From positions 97,632 to 161,631 of the forward strand of contig CAVPRW010000011.1 in NCBI GenBank assembly GCA_963707985.1: a stretch of 64,000 nt of DNA, written 5' to 3'. The notes under the pieces are model-generated. The model made no database searches. It was not told where the DNA came from and worked only from the letters and a program-made list of their open reading frames with translations. The first letter of the stretch is position 1, and the number at the start of each line of letters is the position of its first letter. Shown here in pieces: positions 63,606 through 64,000 of this stretch. Position numbers and translations under genes: made by a program. This DNA comes from an uncultured Nitrospinota bacterium. GTDB lineage: Bacteria; Tectomicrobia; Entotheonellia; J063; CAVPRW01.

Positions 63606-63998
63606 TCGAAGGCATGTTGCTCAAGCCAAACATGGTCATTGCGGGGAAAGAATGTCCGCAACAGGCCTCCGTCGCAGACGTCGCGCTGGCCACGCGGCGC
63701 TGCTTGCGTCGGCATGTCCCGGCGGCCGTTCCCGGAATCGTGTTCTTATCCGGGGGCCAAGATCACCTGCTCGCCACCAGGCATCTGAACGCGATCAATC
63801 AGCTTGACGGGCCAAAGCCTTGGACGCTCGGCTTCTCGTTCGGGCGTGCGCTGCAGGATGAGGCGCTTCACGCCTGGCATGGGCAACCGGAGAACCTTCA
63901 GGCGGGGCAGCGGGTGTTGGCTCATCGGGCCACGTGTCCGTGCGGCCGCTCTGGGCACCTACACCACAGCCATGGAAGGCGCGTTGGTTGGAGCATGA
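63599..63998 (+). pseudogene. Class I fructose-bisphosphate aldolase C-terminal fragment
   Basis: LEGMLLKPNMV, VPAAVPGIVFLSGGQ, PWTLGFSFGRALQ. Confidence 0.85.
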
Positions 63999-64000
63999 AC

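Overview
GC-rich bacterial chromosomal segment. The gene repertoire resembles Ca. Tectomicrobia/Entotheonella-like organisms (inference only). Many housekeeping-type genes carry single-base indels, most simply explained as uncorrected long-read errors. Layout: (1) 1-5.2 kb, a Tat-exported family-5 ABC solute-binding gene divergent from a wHTH-ATPase-TPR regulator. (2) 5.3-10.3 kb, an AT-richer defence islet with a DUF2283 TA-like pair and a Dsr1-type sirtuin. (3) 10-16 kb, metabolic enzymes. (4) 16.6-23.1 kb, a glutaredoxin and a PhnDCE-type (putative selenate-type) ABC transporter whose two permease genes bracket a TusA / DsrE / TusA-OsmC / MetE-like module. This converges on a sulfite reductase-sirC operon headed by a YezD small ORF with an apparent attenuator. 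(5) 26-38 kb, a decayed integron: intI has two in-frame stops, and its attC/TA-rich cassette array lies downstream of and co-oriented with intI. One attC is split by an IS3 and by an attC-targeting IS110/IS1111 element. (6) 39.5-52.2 kb, an aerobic-type cobalamin cluster. (7) 52.6-62 kb, secreted-protein genes around a second wHTH-ATPase-TPR regulator, with two promoters sharing identically phased heptamer repeats. (8) 62.6-64 kb, an in-frame glgP::aldolase deletion chimera. No rRNA, tRNA or CRISPR array was recognised. Family assignments come from motif recognition by eye, not from database searches.
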